A stretch of DNA of 64,000 nucleotides from the NCBI GenBank assembly GCA_963807165.1, contig CAWDZM010000001.1:641471-705470 (forward strand). Reading direction: 5' to 3'. The notes under the pieces were generated by a model. It had not been told where the DNA came from. It did no database searches and saw nothing but the letters and a program-made list of their open reading frames with translations. Shown here piece after piece: positions 1 to 9,384 of this stretch. Numbering within the stretch: position 1 is the first letter of the stretch; every line of letters starts with the position of its first letter. The position numbers and the translations under genes were made by a program. The stretch comes from an uncultured bacterium. GTDB taxonomy: Bacteria > Patescibacteriota > Minisyncoccia > UBA6257 > 2-01-FULL-56-20.

Positions 1-336
1 TATGACTTACAGCAGATGAAGATTGTTTTTGACGAAGATTTCGGTAGTAGGGCCAGCGGAATTGTTGGAAAGTTTTTAGGAAATGATTTTTATTATTCGC
101 AGGAGGCTCTTGGAAATAATGATATTACAATCCGCGACCTTAATTTGTCCTCCATGCAAGATGTTCCAGTGGTTTCTCTTTCCGATATCGTTGGCGGTAT
201 AGCGACGCCTGGATGGGATATTGGAGATGGTTATGTTGTGTACGCACAACGGCAACCTTCGAACACGGCGGATGATTTTGGCGGTGAATTATATTTCCAA
301 AAAGTAACACTCAGCTCTAGTACAAGCCAATCTTAG
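1..336 (+). CDS. hypothetical protein, C-terminal part (frame open to the left edge)
   Basis: Frame 1 is open from base 1 to TAG at 334-336. No recognisable motif. Confidence 0.5.
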   Translation, partial: YDLQQMKIVFDEDFGSRASGIVGKFLGNDFYYSQEALGNNDITIRDLNLSSMQDVPVVSLSDIVGGIATPGWDIGDGYVVYAQRQPSNTADDFGGELYFQKVTLSSSTSQS

Positions 337-451
337 AGCCGAGGTCCGAGTGCAAGCCGCGACCGAGGTGCTTTAAGAAATTAGGGAAAGACGGTTCTGT
401 GCGGTCTTCCGAGATGTCCGTTGGGCTTGCCAAATACGGCGCTGTTCATAT

Positions 452-471
452 TTCGATTCCTACCCGGGGCA
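452..471 (+). mobile_element. isolated tRNA 3'-end fragment, putative att site
   Basis: TTCGATTCCTACCCGGGGCA is a T-loop plus the 3' T-stem and acceptor strand. The matching 5' T-stem strand (GTAGG) is absent, with CATAT in its place. Confidence 0.55.
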
Positions 472-558
472 CGACCGTTCATAAAATATTCATACAAGTC
501 TCTGTATGATGAGTTGTAAATATTTAAAAAGGTCGGCAGCAAGATAATCAAAACTATC

Positions 559-711
559 ATGCTTATTACCATCGCCGTCATCCTGCTTGTGTTGTGGATC
601 TTGGGGCTTGTGACCAATTACACGATTGGAGGATTTATTTATATCCTTCTCGTGGCAGCAATCATATTATTCCTTGTAAGGATCATCCGCGGAGAAAATC
701 CGGTAAAATAG
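559..711 (+). CDS. lmo0937-family (DUF5670-like) small membrane protein, 50 aa
   Basis: Manual translation gives MLITIAVILLVLWILGLVTNYTIGGFIYILLVAAIILFLVRIIRGENPVK, which matches the family pattern LWxLG..xGGxIHxLLVxA. Confidence 0.8.
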   Translation: MLITIAVILLVLWILGLVTNYTIGGFIYILLVAAIILFLVRIIRGENPVK

Positions 712-782
712 TGCCGCGAGAGAGAATCGAACTCACTTAACTCGCTCTTCAGGCGAGGGCTTTACCATTAAGCTATCGCGGC
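712..782 (-). tRNA. tRNA-Phe(GAA)
   Basis: Cloverleaf with acceptor GCCGCGA/TCGCGGC, anticodon arm CTCGC-CTGAAGA-GCGAG and T-loop TTCGATT. One T-T mismatch in the T-stem. Confidence 0.85.
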
Positions 783-1441
783 ATTTTTTGATGCAATAAT
801 GCATCATAGGTAAGAGCGCTTTCTATCTTATCCCGTTTTCTCCTCAAAAACAAGACTTTTGGATTATGATACATAGCGGTAATAATCTTTTTTGAATCAC
901 CCTTAGTATATTCAAGATTGAGAACGCCTGCGCCTTTGTGAACGAATCCATGTACTCCAAAGAAATCTGTATTTCTCTCTTTGAGCCAATAGATAAAATC
1001 TGGGCTTGCTGATGCGAAGGTCAACTTGAAGCCAAAGCTGCTAGGCCATCTTTTATCCCAAAATGTATAGAATGAGCCATCTCCATCAAAGAGACCACGC
1101 AAAAAATCAGAGAAAAACTCTTCGGGGACAGATATGCTTTGGATTGTTTTGGATTTCGCTGACGTAATTCCTATCTCATTGAGAAATTTATAAAATACTT
1201 TATCTCCGAAATTAACGGAATAATATTTTTTTTCGAGCGAACCACCATTACGGGTCTTGTAAACAGTGGTATCAATTTTTAGCGCTTGTTTGAAATGCTC
1301 GACCATATCAAGGTCTTTTGAGACGAAATAAATGTGCCGTCCATCTTTTGATAGGCAACCATCAGAAGCGATCAATCCAATTGCATAAGCGAGATCGCAA
1401 GACCATACTCGGCAAACTTTTTCTTGAAGTGCATAACGCAT
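773..1441 (-). CDS. free-standing LAGLIDADG homing endonuclease-like protein
   Basis: Two LAGLIDADG motifs, AYAIGLIASDG and FLRGLFDGDG. No intein splice termini. Confidence 0.85.
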   Translation of the reverse strand: MRYALQEKVCRVWSCDLAYAIGLIASDGCLSKDGRHIYFVSKDLDMVEHFKQALKIDTTVYKTRNGGSLEKKYYSVNFGDKVFYKFLNEIGITSAKSKTIQSISVPEEFFSDFLRGLFDGDGSFYTFWDKRWPSSFGFKLTFASASPDFIYWLKERNTDFFGVHGFVHKGAGVLNLEYTKGDSKKIITAMYHNPKVLFLRRKRDKIESALTYDALLHQKMPR

Positions 1442-1476
1442 GCGACCATCTTAACAGAGCATGATTAAAAAAATAT

Positions 1477-1508
1477 TAAAAACCCCATCTATCGGATGGA
1501 GTTTTTAA
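1477..1508. terminator. intrinsic terminator after rpsA
   Basis: Hairpin AAAAACCCCATCT-ATC-GGATGGAGTTTTT with A/T tails. Confidence 0.65.
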
Positions 1509-1527
1509 AGTGGTTGTCGTATGAAGA

Positions 1528-2622
1528 TTATTTCTTTGTCTTCAGCGTAATGCGCTTCTCTTCCTGCTTGACGGTGTCGATGACGAATGGATAGCTTTCG
1601 CCGACGGTCAGCGCTTTCTTCATCTCGTCCTGGCCGCCGAATTCGGAGATGTGCACCATGCCCTGGAGGTCACCATCGAGCGCAACGACCGCGCCGAACG
1701 GATTAAACTTATATACCTTGCCCTGCACGGTCGCGCCGGGCGTAAAGAGGCTACCGACTTTGACCCACGGATCTTCTTTGAGCGCCTTGAGCGAAAGGAA
1801 GACGCGGCCTTCTTTGATGTCAATGATCTTTGCCTTGAGCGGATCGTTCACCTTAACGAGCTCCTTCGGGTTGTCGATCAACTTGTAATCGAGCTCGGAG
1901 ATGTGGATCATGCCCTCGATCTGCGGGTTGTCGGTAAAGCGTACGAACACGCCGAAGTCTGCGGTGCCGGATACCATACAATCGACGACCTGGCCTATCG
2001 TGTAGGCATTGAGTAATTCCTTCACGTTTGCGGAAAGCACTTCGCGCTCGGAGACAATCACTTTATTCGTGCGCGAGTTGACGTCGATGATCTTGACATT
2101 CAATTCCTGGCCGACGAATTTTTTGAGCTCCTCGCCGATCTTGATGCGATCACCATCCGGAACCTTTGGATAATGTTCGAGCGAGAGCTGGGATACCGGG
2201 AGGAACGCTTTCAGATCTTCTGCGACGATGGTCATAAGCCCGCCCGCATTTGCGCCGACGATCTTTGCCTTGATGACTTCTCCTGATTCGGAAAGTTCCT
2301 TGGCGAGCTGCCAGAGCTTCTGCTTGCCGGCTTCGGAGAGCGAAAGTTCGATACAGCCATCTTCGCCATCGAGCGCAACAATCTTTGCTTGGAGGGAATC
2401 GCCGGGCTTGAGGGTGCGGAGCGCTTCGCGCGCGTTCGCGATCTCGGCGCCGAACACGATGCCGGTGCCAAAGCGGCCCATGTCAAAAAAAGCTTTGCGT
2501 GGAAGCCGCTTGATGAGCGTGGCCTCTACGACACTGCCTTCCTTCGGCCAATCGGTGGTGGATATCTCGGTTTTCAGCGCTTGCGCGACTGCGGTCGCTT
2601 TTGGTTCTTCGGTTTGTGGCAT
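1528..2622 (-). CDS. rpsA: 30S ribosomal protein S1 (four S1 domains)
   Basis: Repeated S1 motifs (AFLPVSQL, FGVFV..IEGMIHISEL, FGAVV..GMVHISE). Start reassigned to MPQTEE, 7 nt after TATAAT. Confidence 0.9.
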   Translation of the reverse strand: MPQTEEPKATAVAQALKTEISTTDWPKEGSVVEATLIKRLPRKAFFDMGRFGTGIVFGAEIANAREALRTLKPGDSLQAKIVALDGEDGCIELSLSEAGKQKLWQLAKELSESGEVIKAKIVGANAGGLMTIVAEDLKAFLPVSQLSLEHYPKVPDGDRIKIGEELKKFVGQELNVKIIDVNSRTNKVIVSEREVLSANVKELLNAYTIGQVVDCMVSGTADFGVFVRFTDNPQIEGMIHISELDYKLIDNPKELVKVNDPLKAKIIDIKEGRVFLSLKALKEDPWVKVGSLFTPGATVQGKVYKFNPFGAVVALDGDLQGMVHISEFGGQDEMKKALTVGESYPFVIDTVKQEEKRITLKTKK

Positions 2623-2642
2623 GAGGATGATTATATCAGCGT

Positions 2643-2779
2643 TTCCCGCTTTTGCAAGTCCTGTGCGTGCTTTTGAAAGGACGGCGTTCCGTTCTGCTGA
2701 ACGGCCGCCTTGGCTCTCAGCGCCTTCGCGCTTCCGAGACACCTTTCAAAAGCACGCACAGGACTTGCAAAAGCGGGAA
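2643..2779. repeat. cruciform palindromic element, copy 1
   Basis: Perfect 38-bp inverted repeat (2643-2680 and 2742-2779) around a 61-nt core shared with 23286-23346. Confidence 0.9.
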
Positions 2780-2803
2780 CCTCCTTCATTTTGTGGATAT
2801 AAA

Positions 2804-2829
2804 AATGACCCCCGAAAATCAGGGGTCAC
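2804..2829 (-). terminator. intrinsic terminator
   Basis: Hairpin TGACCCC-CGAAAATCA-GGGGTCA with a T-tract on the minus strand. Confidence 0.6.
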
Positions 2830-2849
2830 GCTTTGTTGATGCCGAATTT

Positions 2850-3101
2850 TCAGCAATTCATTACTATCATTTGAAGAGGAATTTCTCCCTTTGGAAGATC
2901 GGCAAGCCAATCGATCTCATAGAATGCATATTCTTTGCAGTTTCAATTCCGTGTCCCGTTTCTAGTGAGGCGATAGACGCCGTGCTTGAGATTTCCGCTT
3001 CCGAGATTGAGCCTATCTCCGGTAATCGGCAACTCTGGAAGCTCTATTATGAGGTGATAAATTCCTCTTCCGGTTTTTGATCCGGTAAGAATAGTTTCCA
3101 T
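2850..3101 (-). pseudogene. small orphan ORF interrupted by an in-frame TGA
   Basis: SD AGAAAGGAG, then METILTGSK...TRN*NCKEYAFYEIDW...MNC*. The internal TGA is at 2943-2945. Confidence 0.35.
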
Positions 3102-3237
3102 GTCGCGCTCCTTTCTGCTCTGATTGTTATATAAAGTTTAGAGTAATTTGGCAATATATGGGGTTCAGGTATTGTTGGATACCCCACCATTTTTCTACTG
3201 GAATTTTCTCTCAAACTTTGCTAAAATATATCCATAT

Positions 3238-3822
3238 ATGGTTATCAATTACTTTGGAAATGGCTGTTTTCGATTGCAGAGCGGGGAGACGTCGGTGCTC
3301 GTAAACCCGGAGAACAATCGCTTGAAAGCGGATGTGACGTTAAAGACTCTGACGGCCACGGCGGTGGATGCGGCAGCAGTCGGCGATGAACGGGTAGACG
3401 AAGTGGTCATCTCGTTCGCGGGCGAGTACGAAGAAAAAGAGATCGAGATATTGGGATTTCCGGTGCCGGAAGAATCGACGGATAAGTTTTTGAAGACGAC
3501 GTACGCGGTATTGTGGGAGGGAATGAAGTTTGTATTCCTCGGACATCTTTCTAAACCGATGGATGCGACGCTGATGGAAGAATTTTCGGAACCGGATGTG
3601 TTGATCTTGCCGGTGGGTGGCGGACACTTTCTTGAGCCGGAAGTTGCGGCGAAGATCGCAAAACAGCTGGAAGCGCGAATCGTGATCCCGAGCTTCTATA
3701 AAGATCCTGCGGAATTTTTGAAGGCGTTCGGCAAAAAAGCGGAGGACGTGGATAAATTTGTCTTCAAGCAAAAAGACATTCTTGCGGACAAGGGTCGCGT
3801 AGTAATCCTCAAAGCAAACTAA
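3238..3822 (+). CDS. MBL-fold metallo-hydrolase-like protein (Lactamase_B_3 type)
   Basis: INYFGNGCFRLQ..., GEYE, DVLILPVGGG and IVIP motifs. The metal-binding His motifs look degenerate. Confidence 0.75.
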   Translation: MVINYFGNGCFRLQSGETSVLVNPENNRLKADVTLKTLTATAVDAAAVGDERVDEVVISFAGEYEEKEIEILGFPVPEESTDKFLKTTYAVLWEGMKFVFLGHLSKPMDATLMEEFSEPDVLILPVGGGHFLEPEVAAKIAKQLEARIVIPSFYKDPAEFLKAFGKKAEDVDKFVFKQKDILADKGRVVILKAN

Positions 3823-4145
3823 TGCTCGAAGAACTCCAGTCGTTGAGCGAAGATAAAAAGAAACAAGTGCTTATCGTCGCCACTATCATCATTATGGTCA
3901 TCATCATTGGAGCATGGGCAGTCTATTTCAACGGTGTTATTATGGGAGCATCGCAGCTGGCGGCGGATCAAGCAACATCGACCGTGGCGGCAACCACGCC
4001 GACCACGACCCCGATCGCCATCACTACTCCAGCGCCTGCGGTAAGCGGTCCGAGTATGTGGCAAGATATAGAAGGCTGGTTCGGATCAATCGCAAATATT
4101 TTCAAAACGCCGTCGCAGTACACCATTCAACCACAGAGTAATTAA
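3822..4145 (+). CDS. hypothetical single-pass membrane protein
   Basis: N-terminal TM helix and Thr/Pro-rich linker. Stop/start overlap with the upstream gene. Confidence 0.7.
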   Translation: MLEELQSLSEDKKKQVLIVATIIIMVIIIGAWAVYFNGVIMGASQLAADQATSTVAATTPTTTPIAITTPAPAVSGPSMWQDIEGWFGSIANIFKTPSQYTIQPQSN

Positions 4146-4162
4146 TAGAGAATACTTTTACT

Positions 4163-6601
4163 ATGCCAGACATGGAACCACAGGAAATAACCAAAGAGCT
4201 CGGCGATTCGTATCTTAGCTATGCGATGTCAGTGATCGTCGCGCGCGCATTGCCGGACGTCCGCGATGGTATGAAGCCGGTGCACCGCCGCGTTTTGTGG
4301 GCGATGTGGGATATGGGCGTTCTCTCCACTGCCAAGTTCCGCAAGTCCGCATACGTCGTCGGCGAAACGATGGCAAAATACCATCCGCATGGCGACTCCT
4401 CTATATATGACACGATGGTGCGCATGGCACAGGATTTTTCTCTGCGCTATCCGCTCGTGCGCGGGCAGGGGAACTTCGGTTCGGTGGACGGTGATCCGCC
4501 GGCCGCCATGCGTTATACGGAGGCCAAGCTCGCCGCGATCGCCAACGAGATGCTTTCGGATATTGAGAAGGATACGGTTGATTGGATCCCAAACTATGAC
4601 GGCACGCGTAACGAGCCGACGGTGTTCCCGGCGCGGTTGCCAAATCTTCTTTTGAACGGCGCGCTCGGCATCGCGGTCGGCATGGCCACGAGCATCCCGC
4701 CGCATAACCTGAACGAGGTTGCTGACGCCATTTTATATTTAGCCGATCACGACGACGCAACGAGCGAGGACCTTTTGCAATTCATCAAAGGCCCGGACTT
4801 TCCGACGGGCGGCATTATCTATGACAACAAGGCGATCAAGGAGGCGTACGTTTCCGGGCGTGGCGGCGTCATCACGCGTGCCAAGACGGACATCGTGGAG
4901 AAAAAGAACAGCCGACAATTCGACATCGTCATTACGGAGATTCCGTATCAGGTCAACAAGTCCGAGCTTATCAAGACGATCGCGGAACTTGCGCAGGATA
5001 AGAAGATCGAGGGCATTCGTGATCTGCGCGATGAGTCCGACCGCGAGGGTATGCGCATCGTGATCGAATTGAAGAACGACGTTGCGCCGCAAAAGGTCTT
5101 GAACTGGCTCTTTAAGCACACTGACCTCGAAAAGAATTTCAACTTTAATATGATTGCGCTCGTGAACGGTATCGAGCCGCGTTTGCTGGATTTAAAAGAC
5201 ATCCTCGCCGAATACATCGCGCATCGCAAGGTGATTGTCACGCGCCGCACAAAGTTTGATCTCCGCAAGGCGGAGGAGCGTGCGCATATTTTGGAAGGGC
5301 TCGCCATCGCGCTCGACGCGATCGACAAGGTCATCGCGACCATCCGTAAGTCGGAAGACAAAGAAGTCGCCCACGTGAACTTGATGAAGAACTTCAAATT
5401 GAGCGCCCTGCAGGCGACTGCTATTTTGGAAATGCGATTGCAGACACTTGCGGCACTTGAGAGGATAAAGATCGAGACAGAGCTGAAGGAAAAGCATGCA
5501 CTCATCGAAGAGCTTAAGTTGATATTAAAGAGTACGACGCGTATTTTAAAGATCATTAAAGATGAAGTGATGGAGTTGAAGAATAAATATGGCGACGAAC
5601 GGCGCACGAAGGTCGTTGGCCGCGCAGTGGAATCCGTGAGCGATGAGGATCTCATCCCGGAAGAAGAAGCGATTGTGACGGTGAGTGGTGGCGGTTACAT
5701 CAAGCGCTTGCCGCCGGGCACGTTCAAGACTCAGAAGCGTGGCGGAAAAGGATTGATCGGTTCCGAGGTTGCCGATGAGGATTTCCTCTCGCACTTCTTT
5801 AGCGCCAACACACACGATAATGTGCTGTTCTTTACCGATCGCGGCCGCGTTTTCCAGACGAAGGTCTACGAGATCCCGCAGGCGACACGCACTTCTAAAG
5901 GCCGCGCTATTCAGAACTTCCTCGAGCTGCCGTCCGAAGAGAACGTGAGCGCTATCGTTAGCTATTCGGCAAAGGGCGCGAAGGCTGAGGGCAAGACCGG
6001 CAAAAAATATTTAATGATGGTCACAAAGCAAGGCGTCATTAAAAAGACACCGCTCGAAGATTTTGAAAACATTCGCCGCAATGGCATCATCGCGCTCTCG
6101 CTCAAGAAGGGCGATCAGCTCAAGTGGGCGCGCCTGACGAGCGGTACGGAGCAGGCGGTGCTCGCCACGCGGCAGGGCCAGTCCATTCGCTTTGATGAGA
6201 AGCAGGTGCGTCCGATGGGTCGCACGGCGGCGGGCGTTCGCGCGATCAAATTAAAAAAACAGAACGATGAAGTGGCCGGCTTTGATATAATAAGAGGAGA
6301 TGATGCGATGTTGCTGATCGTGATGGAGCACGGCTTCGCAAAGCAGACATCGCTCAAGGAATACAAAGTGCAGAGCCGCGGCGGATCGGGCATCAAGACG
6401 GCGGAGGTAACGCCGAAGACAGGAATGGTGGTGTCGGCGCATGTCGTCATGGAGGAAACAGAGATCTTCGCGCTGTCGGCAAAAGGACAGATGATCCGCA
6501 CGGAACTTTCTACGGTGCGCAAGACGGGCCGTTCGGCGCAAGGCGTGCACATCATGGATCTCAAGAACGGTGATCGAGTTGCGGGAACGGTAGTTATCTA
6601 A
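4163..6601 (+). CDS. gyrA: DNA gyrase subunit A
   Basis: [22 protein letters not shown], catalytic AAMRYTE and GyrA-box QKRGGKG. Confidence 0.98.
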   Translation: MPDMEPQEITKELGDSYLSYAMSVIVARALPDVRDGMKPVHRRVLWAMWDMGVLSTAKFRKSAYVVGETMAKYHPHGDSSIYDTMVRMAQDFSLRYPLVRGQGNFGSVDGDPPAAMRYTEAKLAAIANEMLSDIEKDTVDWIPNYDGTRNEPTVFPARLPNLLLNGALGIAVGMATSIPPHNLNEVADAILYLADHDDATSEDLLQFIKGPDFPTGGIIYDNKAIKEAYVSGRGGVITRAKTDIVEKKNSRQFDIVITEIPYQVNKSELIKTIAELAQDKKIEGIRDLRDESDREGMRIVIELKNDVAPQKVLNWLFKHTDLEKNFNFNMIALVNGIEPRLLDLKDILAEYIAHRKVIVTRRTKFDLRKAEERAHILEGLAIALDAIDKVIATIRKSEDKEVAHVNLMKNFKLSALQATAILEMRLQTLAALERIKIETELKEKHALIEELKLILKSTTRILKIIKDEVMELKNKYGDERRTKVVGRAVESVSDEDLIPEEEAIVTVSGGGYIKRLPPGTFKTQKRGGKGLIGSEVADEDFLSHFFSANTHDNVLFFTDRGRVFQTKVYEIPQATRTSKGRAIQNFLELPSEENVSAIVSYSAKGAKAEGKTGKKYLMMVTKQGVIKKTPLEDFENIRRNGIIALSLKKGDQLKWARLTSGTEQAVLATRQGQSIRFDEKQVRPMGRTAAGVRAIKLKKQNDEVAGFDIIRGDDAMLLIVMEHGFAKQTSLKEYKVQSRGGSGIKTAEVTPKTGMVVSAHVVMEETEIFALSAKGQMIRTELSTVRKTGRSAQGVHIMDLKNGDRVAGTVVI

Positions 6602-7993
6602 ATGCCAAAGAACCTTTCTCAAAAGCAGATTATTATCATTGCCGGAGCGGTGGTTTTGGTGCTCATCGGCGCTGTGGTGTTCTTTTTAAACATCCGCTCG
6701 AAGAGCGCGTCACAACAGACGCTCAATCTCACCATCTGGGGAACGGACGACAGCAAGGCATTCAACGATGTGATCCAAGCGTACGCCGGGCCTGGATCGG
6801 GAACGCAGTCGCAGATCAAGTATGTGCAAATCGCACCGGCGCAGTATCAGAGCAAACTGCTCGCGGCGCTTGCCGCCGGCACCGGCCCGGACGTCTTTGA
6901 GATTCCTAACCGTGATCTGGCGCAGTGGCAAAGTGTCGCCGCACCGATTCCTGCCACGCTCACGCCGACGTTCAGCACCGTGACGTTGCAAAATGATTTC
7001 CCGGATGTCGTTTCGCAAGACTTTGTTTCCAGCGCCGGCGCCGTCGGTGGCGGAAATATTTACGCATTGCCGCTTTCGATCGACACGCTCGCGATGATCT
7101 ATAACAAAGATCTTTTTAATACTGCCGGCATCGCGACGGTGCCCTCGACGTGGGAAGGATTGCAGACAGACCTGCCAAAGCTTCGCGTTACGAACGCGCA
7201 GGGTCAGATCACGCAGGCCGCATTCGCGCTCGGCGGTTCGGAGGCGAGCATCGCGGACGCGCCGGATATCGTTTTCCTTTTGATGATGCAGAACGGCGCG
7301 CAGATGAACTCCGCCGACGGCTCGAGCGTGACGTTCGCGACGGGCGGCGATAATGGCGGAGCGAGCGGCACAGGCACGAACGGCGGCATCGGCTCTGCGG
7401 GTGCGGGCAGCATGGACACCGCCGGCCTCAATGCGTTCAACTATTATTTGCAGTTCGCGAACGCGACCGACCAGAACTATACGTGGAATGACGGCATGGG
7501 TGATGCGCTCGCCAACTTTACGCAAGGCAAAGTCGCCGCCATCTTTGATTACTCATCCGCGCTCGCATCCATCAAGGCTGCAGCCCCGTTCCTCAACTAT
7601 GGCGTGGCGCCGATGCCACAGCCTGCGAACGCGATGGTGGCGGTCAACTACGCAAAATACAACGGACTGGCGGTTTCGCGGAACAGCACGCAGATCGCAG
7701 GCGCATGGAACTTCATCGTCAATTTGACGACGTCCGTCGCGGATGAGAATATATATACGAAGGACACGGGCGCCGCGCCGGCTCTGCGGTCGGCGATCGC
7801 GGCGGACGAGACGGATCCCGCGCTTTCGGTCTTCGCCACGCAGGCGCTCACCGCGCGTTCATGGCACGAATCAAACAGCGAGCAGATCGACGGCATCATG
7901 AACACCGCCATCCAAAATGTCCTGAACGGCGCGGCCGATTCCACCACCGCCCTCACCCAGGCGCAGACCGCAATGAATGCGATCGGGGATTGA
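6602..7993 (+). CDS. membrane-anchored extracellular solute-binding protein (family 1)
   Basis: N-terminal TM, then GPDVF, IYALPLSIDTLAMIYNKDLF and F..GKVA motifs. Confidence 0.85.
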   Translation: MPKNLSQKQIIIIAGAVVLVLIGAVVFFLNIRSKSASQQTLNLTIWGTDDSKAFNDVIQAYAGPGSGTQSQIKYVQIAPAQYQSKLLAALAAGTGPDVFEIPNRDLAQWQSVAAPIPATLTPTFSTVTLQNDFPDVVSQDFVSSAGAVGGGNIYALPLSIDTLAMIYNKDLFNTAGIATVPSTWEGLQTDLPKLRVTNAQGQITQAAFALGGSEASIADAPDIVFLLMMQNGAQMNSADGSSVTFATGGDNGGASGTGTNGGIGSAGAGSMDTAGLNAFNYYLQFANATDQNYTWNDGMGDALANFTQGKVAAIFDYSSALASIKAAAPFLNYGVAPMPQPANAMVAVNYAKYNGLAVSRNSTQIAGAWNFIVNLTTSVADENIYTKDTGAAPALRSAIAADETDPALSVFATQALTARSWHESNSEQIDGIMNTAIQNVLNGAADSTTALTQAQTAMNAIGD

Positions 7994-8021
7994 GCGGAGC
8001 GGTAAATTAATATCACATTAA

Positions 8022-8501
8022 ATGTTTCTAAAAAAGAACGCCGCGGCAATAGCACTCCTTCTCATCATCGGCTCGTCCGTGGTGTTCCCGCTCGTTGCGT
8101 CGGCATATACGACGCCGAATATTTGGGGGAATCCACCTGGATTCTGGGGTCCACTCGTCTCTTGTACCGGCAATTACCTGACGGGAGCTGGGGCAACTTC
8201 TGGCGCGACCCCTTGTACCAGTCTTTGTGATCTTATCAATACATTTATCAACCTTATCTATTTTGCAATATCGATTGCCCTCTTTATTATCGCGCCGGTA
8301 GCGTTTTTATGCGGCGGCGTGATGATTATGATCGCTGGCGCAAACCCCGGGATGTTGGAATCCGGCAAAAAGGTGCTTACCGGGGTAGTTGTTGGCATCC
8401 TCATTGTTCTATGCTCTTATCTTCTTGTCGCAACCGCCCTTAATGTATTAGGTATCACTCGCGTCGGGGGTTTTGGTGGTGCGACATGCACATCGCATTA
8501 A
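8022..8501 (+). CDS. VirB2/TrbC-like (T4SS) pilin
   Basis: Signal peptide, C..C.L pattern and TM-GG..AGANP..K..TM hairpin. Confidence 0.8.
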   Translation: MFLKKNAAAIALLLIIGSSVVFPLVASAYTTPNIWGNPPGFWGPLVSCTGNYLTGAGATSGATPCTSLCDLINTFINLIYFAISIALFIIAPVAFLCGGVMIMIAGANPGMLESGKKVLTGVVVGILIVLCSYLLVATALNVLGITRVGGFGGATCTSH

Positions 8502-8504
8502 AAC

Positions 8505-9380
8505 GTGATGAAAAAGATTTCATATTTTTTATTCTCCGCCATAGCTGCTCTCTTTTTATTAATCGCGCCGCTCGTCGCATTCGCACAGACTCAAATAATA
8601 ATTAGTACCAGCGTGCCTGGGACATATGGACCCACCACAGGTGCGGGAGGTCCAGGCTCATTCATCGCAAATTTTTACCAATTCGCATTAATGATCGGTG
8701 GGGTACTTGCCTTTGGAGTTATTGTGTATGGAGGAATACGATATATGGCATCTGCGGGAAATCCTTCCGGGCAAAGCGACGCGAAAGAATGGATTGAGGC
8801 AGCACTGTTGGGGTTGTTATTACTGGTGGGCGTCTACTTTATTCTCAGCGTCATTAATCCACAACTACTCAATCTTAATTTGCCATCGCTTACTCCGATC
8901 AGTATATCGAATATCACGCCAGTGGGTGGAGGAGGGACTAATAGCGGCGGCGGAGGAACCGGAGGTTTCTCATTGGGTGGCAGCGGATTACCTTCTAATA
9001 TTGCGGCCGCTGCGGCTGCAGCCCAAGCTAATAGCATGAGTTCAGCGAACGGGCCGGGCGGCGGCACCGTCGCATGCGCTTGGGCGGTGAATCAAGTTCT
9101 TTCTAGTACGGGTATTGCCCCGATCGACACCAATAACGTTCAGAGCATGGAAAATGCTTTGACGTCAGGCCGGGGGACGCTGGTTGACCCGTCGCAGGCG
9201 GTGGCTGGTGATATTGTTATTCAAGCGCAGGACGGTCATGTCGGCATTTGCATGAATAACGGCTGCACTCAAGTCATATCGAATTCATCATCACATGCGA
9301 CGTTCACCTGGGTAAGTAATACAAGTTTTTCTCCATCGTATAGCGGTGGTCCTGGTCGTATTTATCAAGTTAATAAATAA
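8505..9380 (+). CDS. VirB2-like pilin fused to a C-terminal CHAP/NlpC-P60-like amidase domain
   Basis: Pilin core GGIRYMASAGNP..AKEWI..LNP.LL, a Gly-rich linker, then ACAWAVN, GDIVI and GHVGI (Cys-His dyad pattern). Confidence 0.75.
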   Translation: MMKKISYFLFSAIAALFLLIAPLVAFAQTQIIISTSVPGTYGPTTGAGGPGSFIANFYQFALMIGGVLAFGVIVYGGIRYMASAGNPSGQSDAKEWIEAALLGLLLLVGVYFILSVINPQLLNLNLPSLTPISISNITPVGGGGTNSGGGGTGGFSLGGSGLPSNIAAAAAAAQANSMSSANGPGGGTVACAWAVNQVLSSTGIAPIDTNNVQSMENALTSGRGTLVDPSQAVAGDIVIQAQDGHVGICMNNGCTQVISNSSSHATFTWVSNTSFSPSYSGGPGRIYQVNK

Positions 9381-9384
9381 TAAT

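Noticed and set aside
2623-2742. N-terminal extension of RpsA to 404 aa
   Set aside because: The extension is a translation of the palindromic element. A TATAAT 7 nt before the ATG at 2622 supports the shorter start.
2850-3101. TGA recoding (genetic code 25 or 4) suggested by in-frame TGAs in a small ORF
   Set aside because: TGA is a genuine stop elsewhere in the window (7993, 27448, 47061), and the long conserved genes have no internal TGA.
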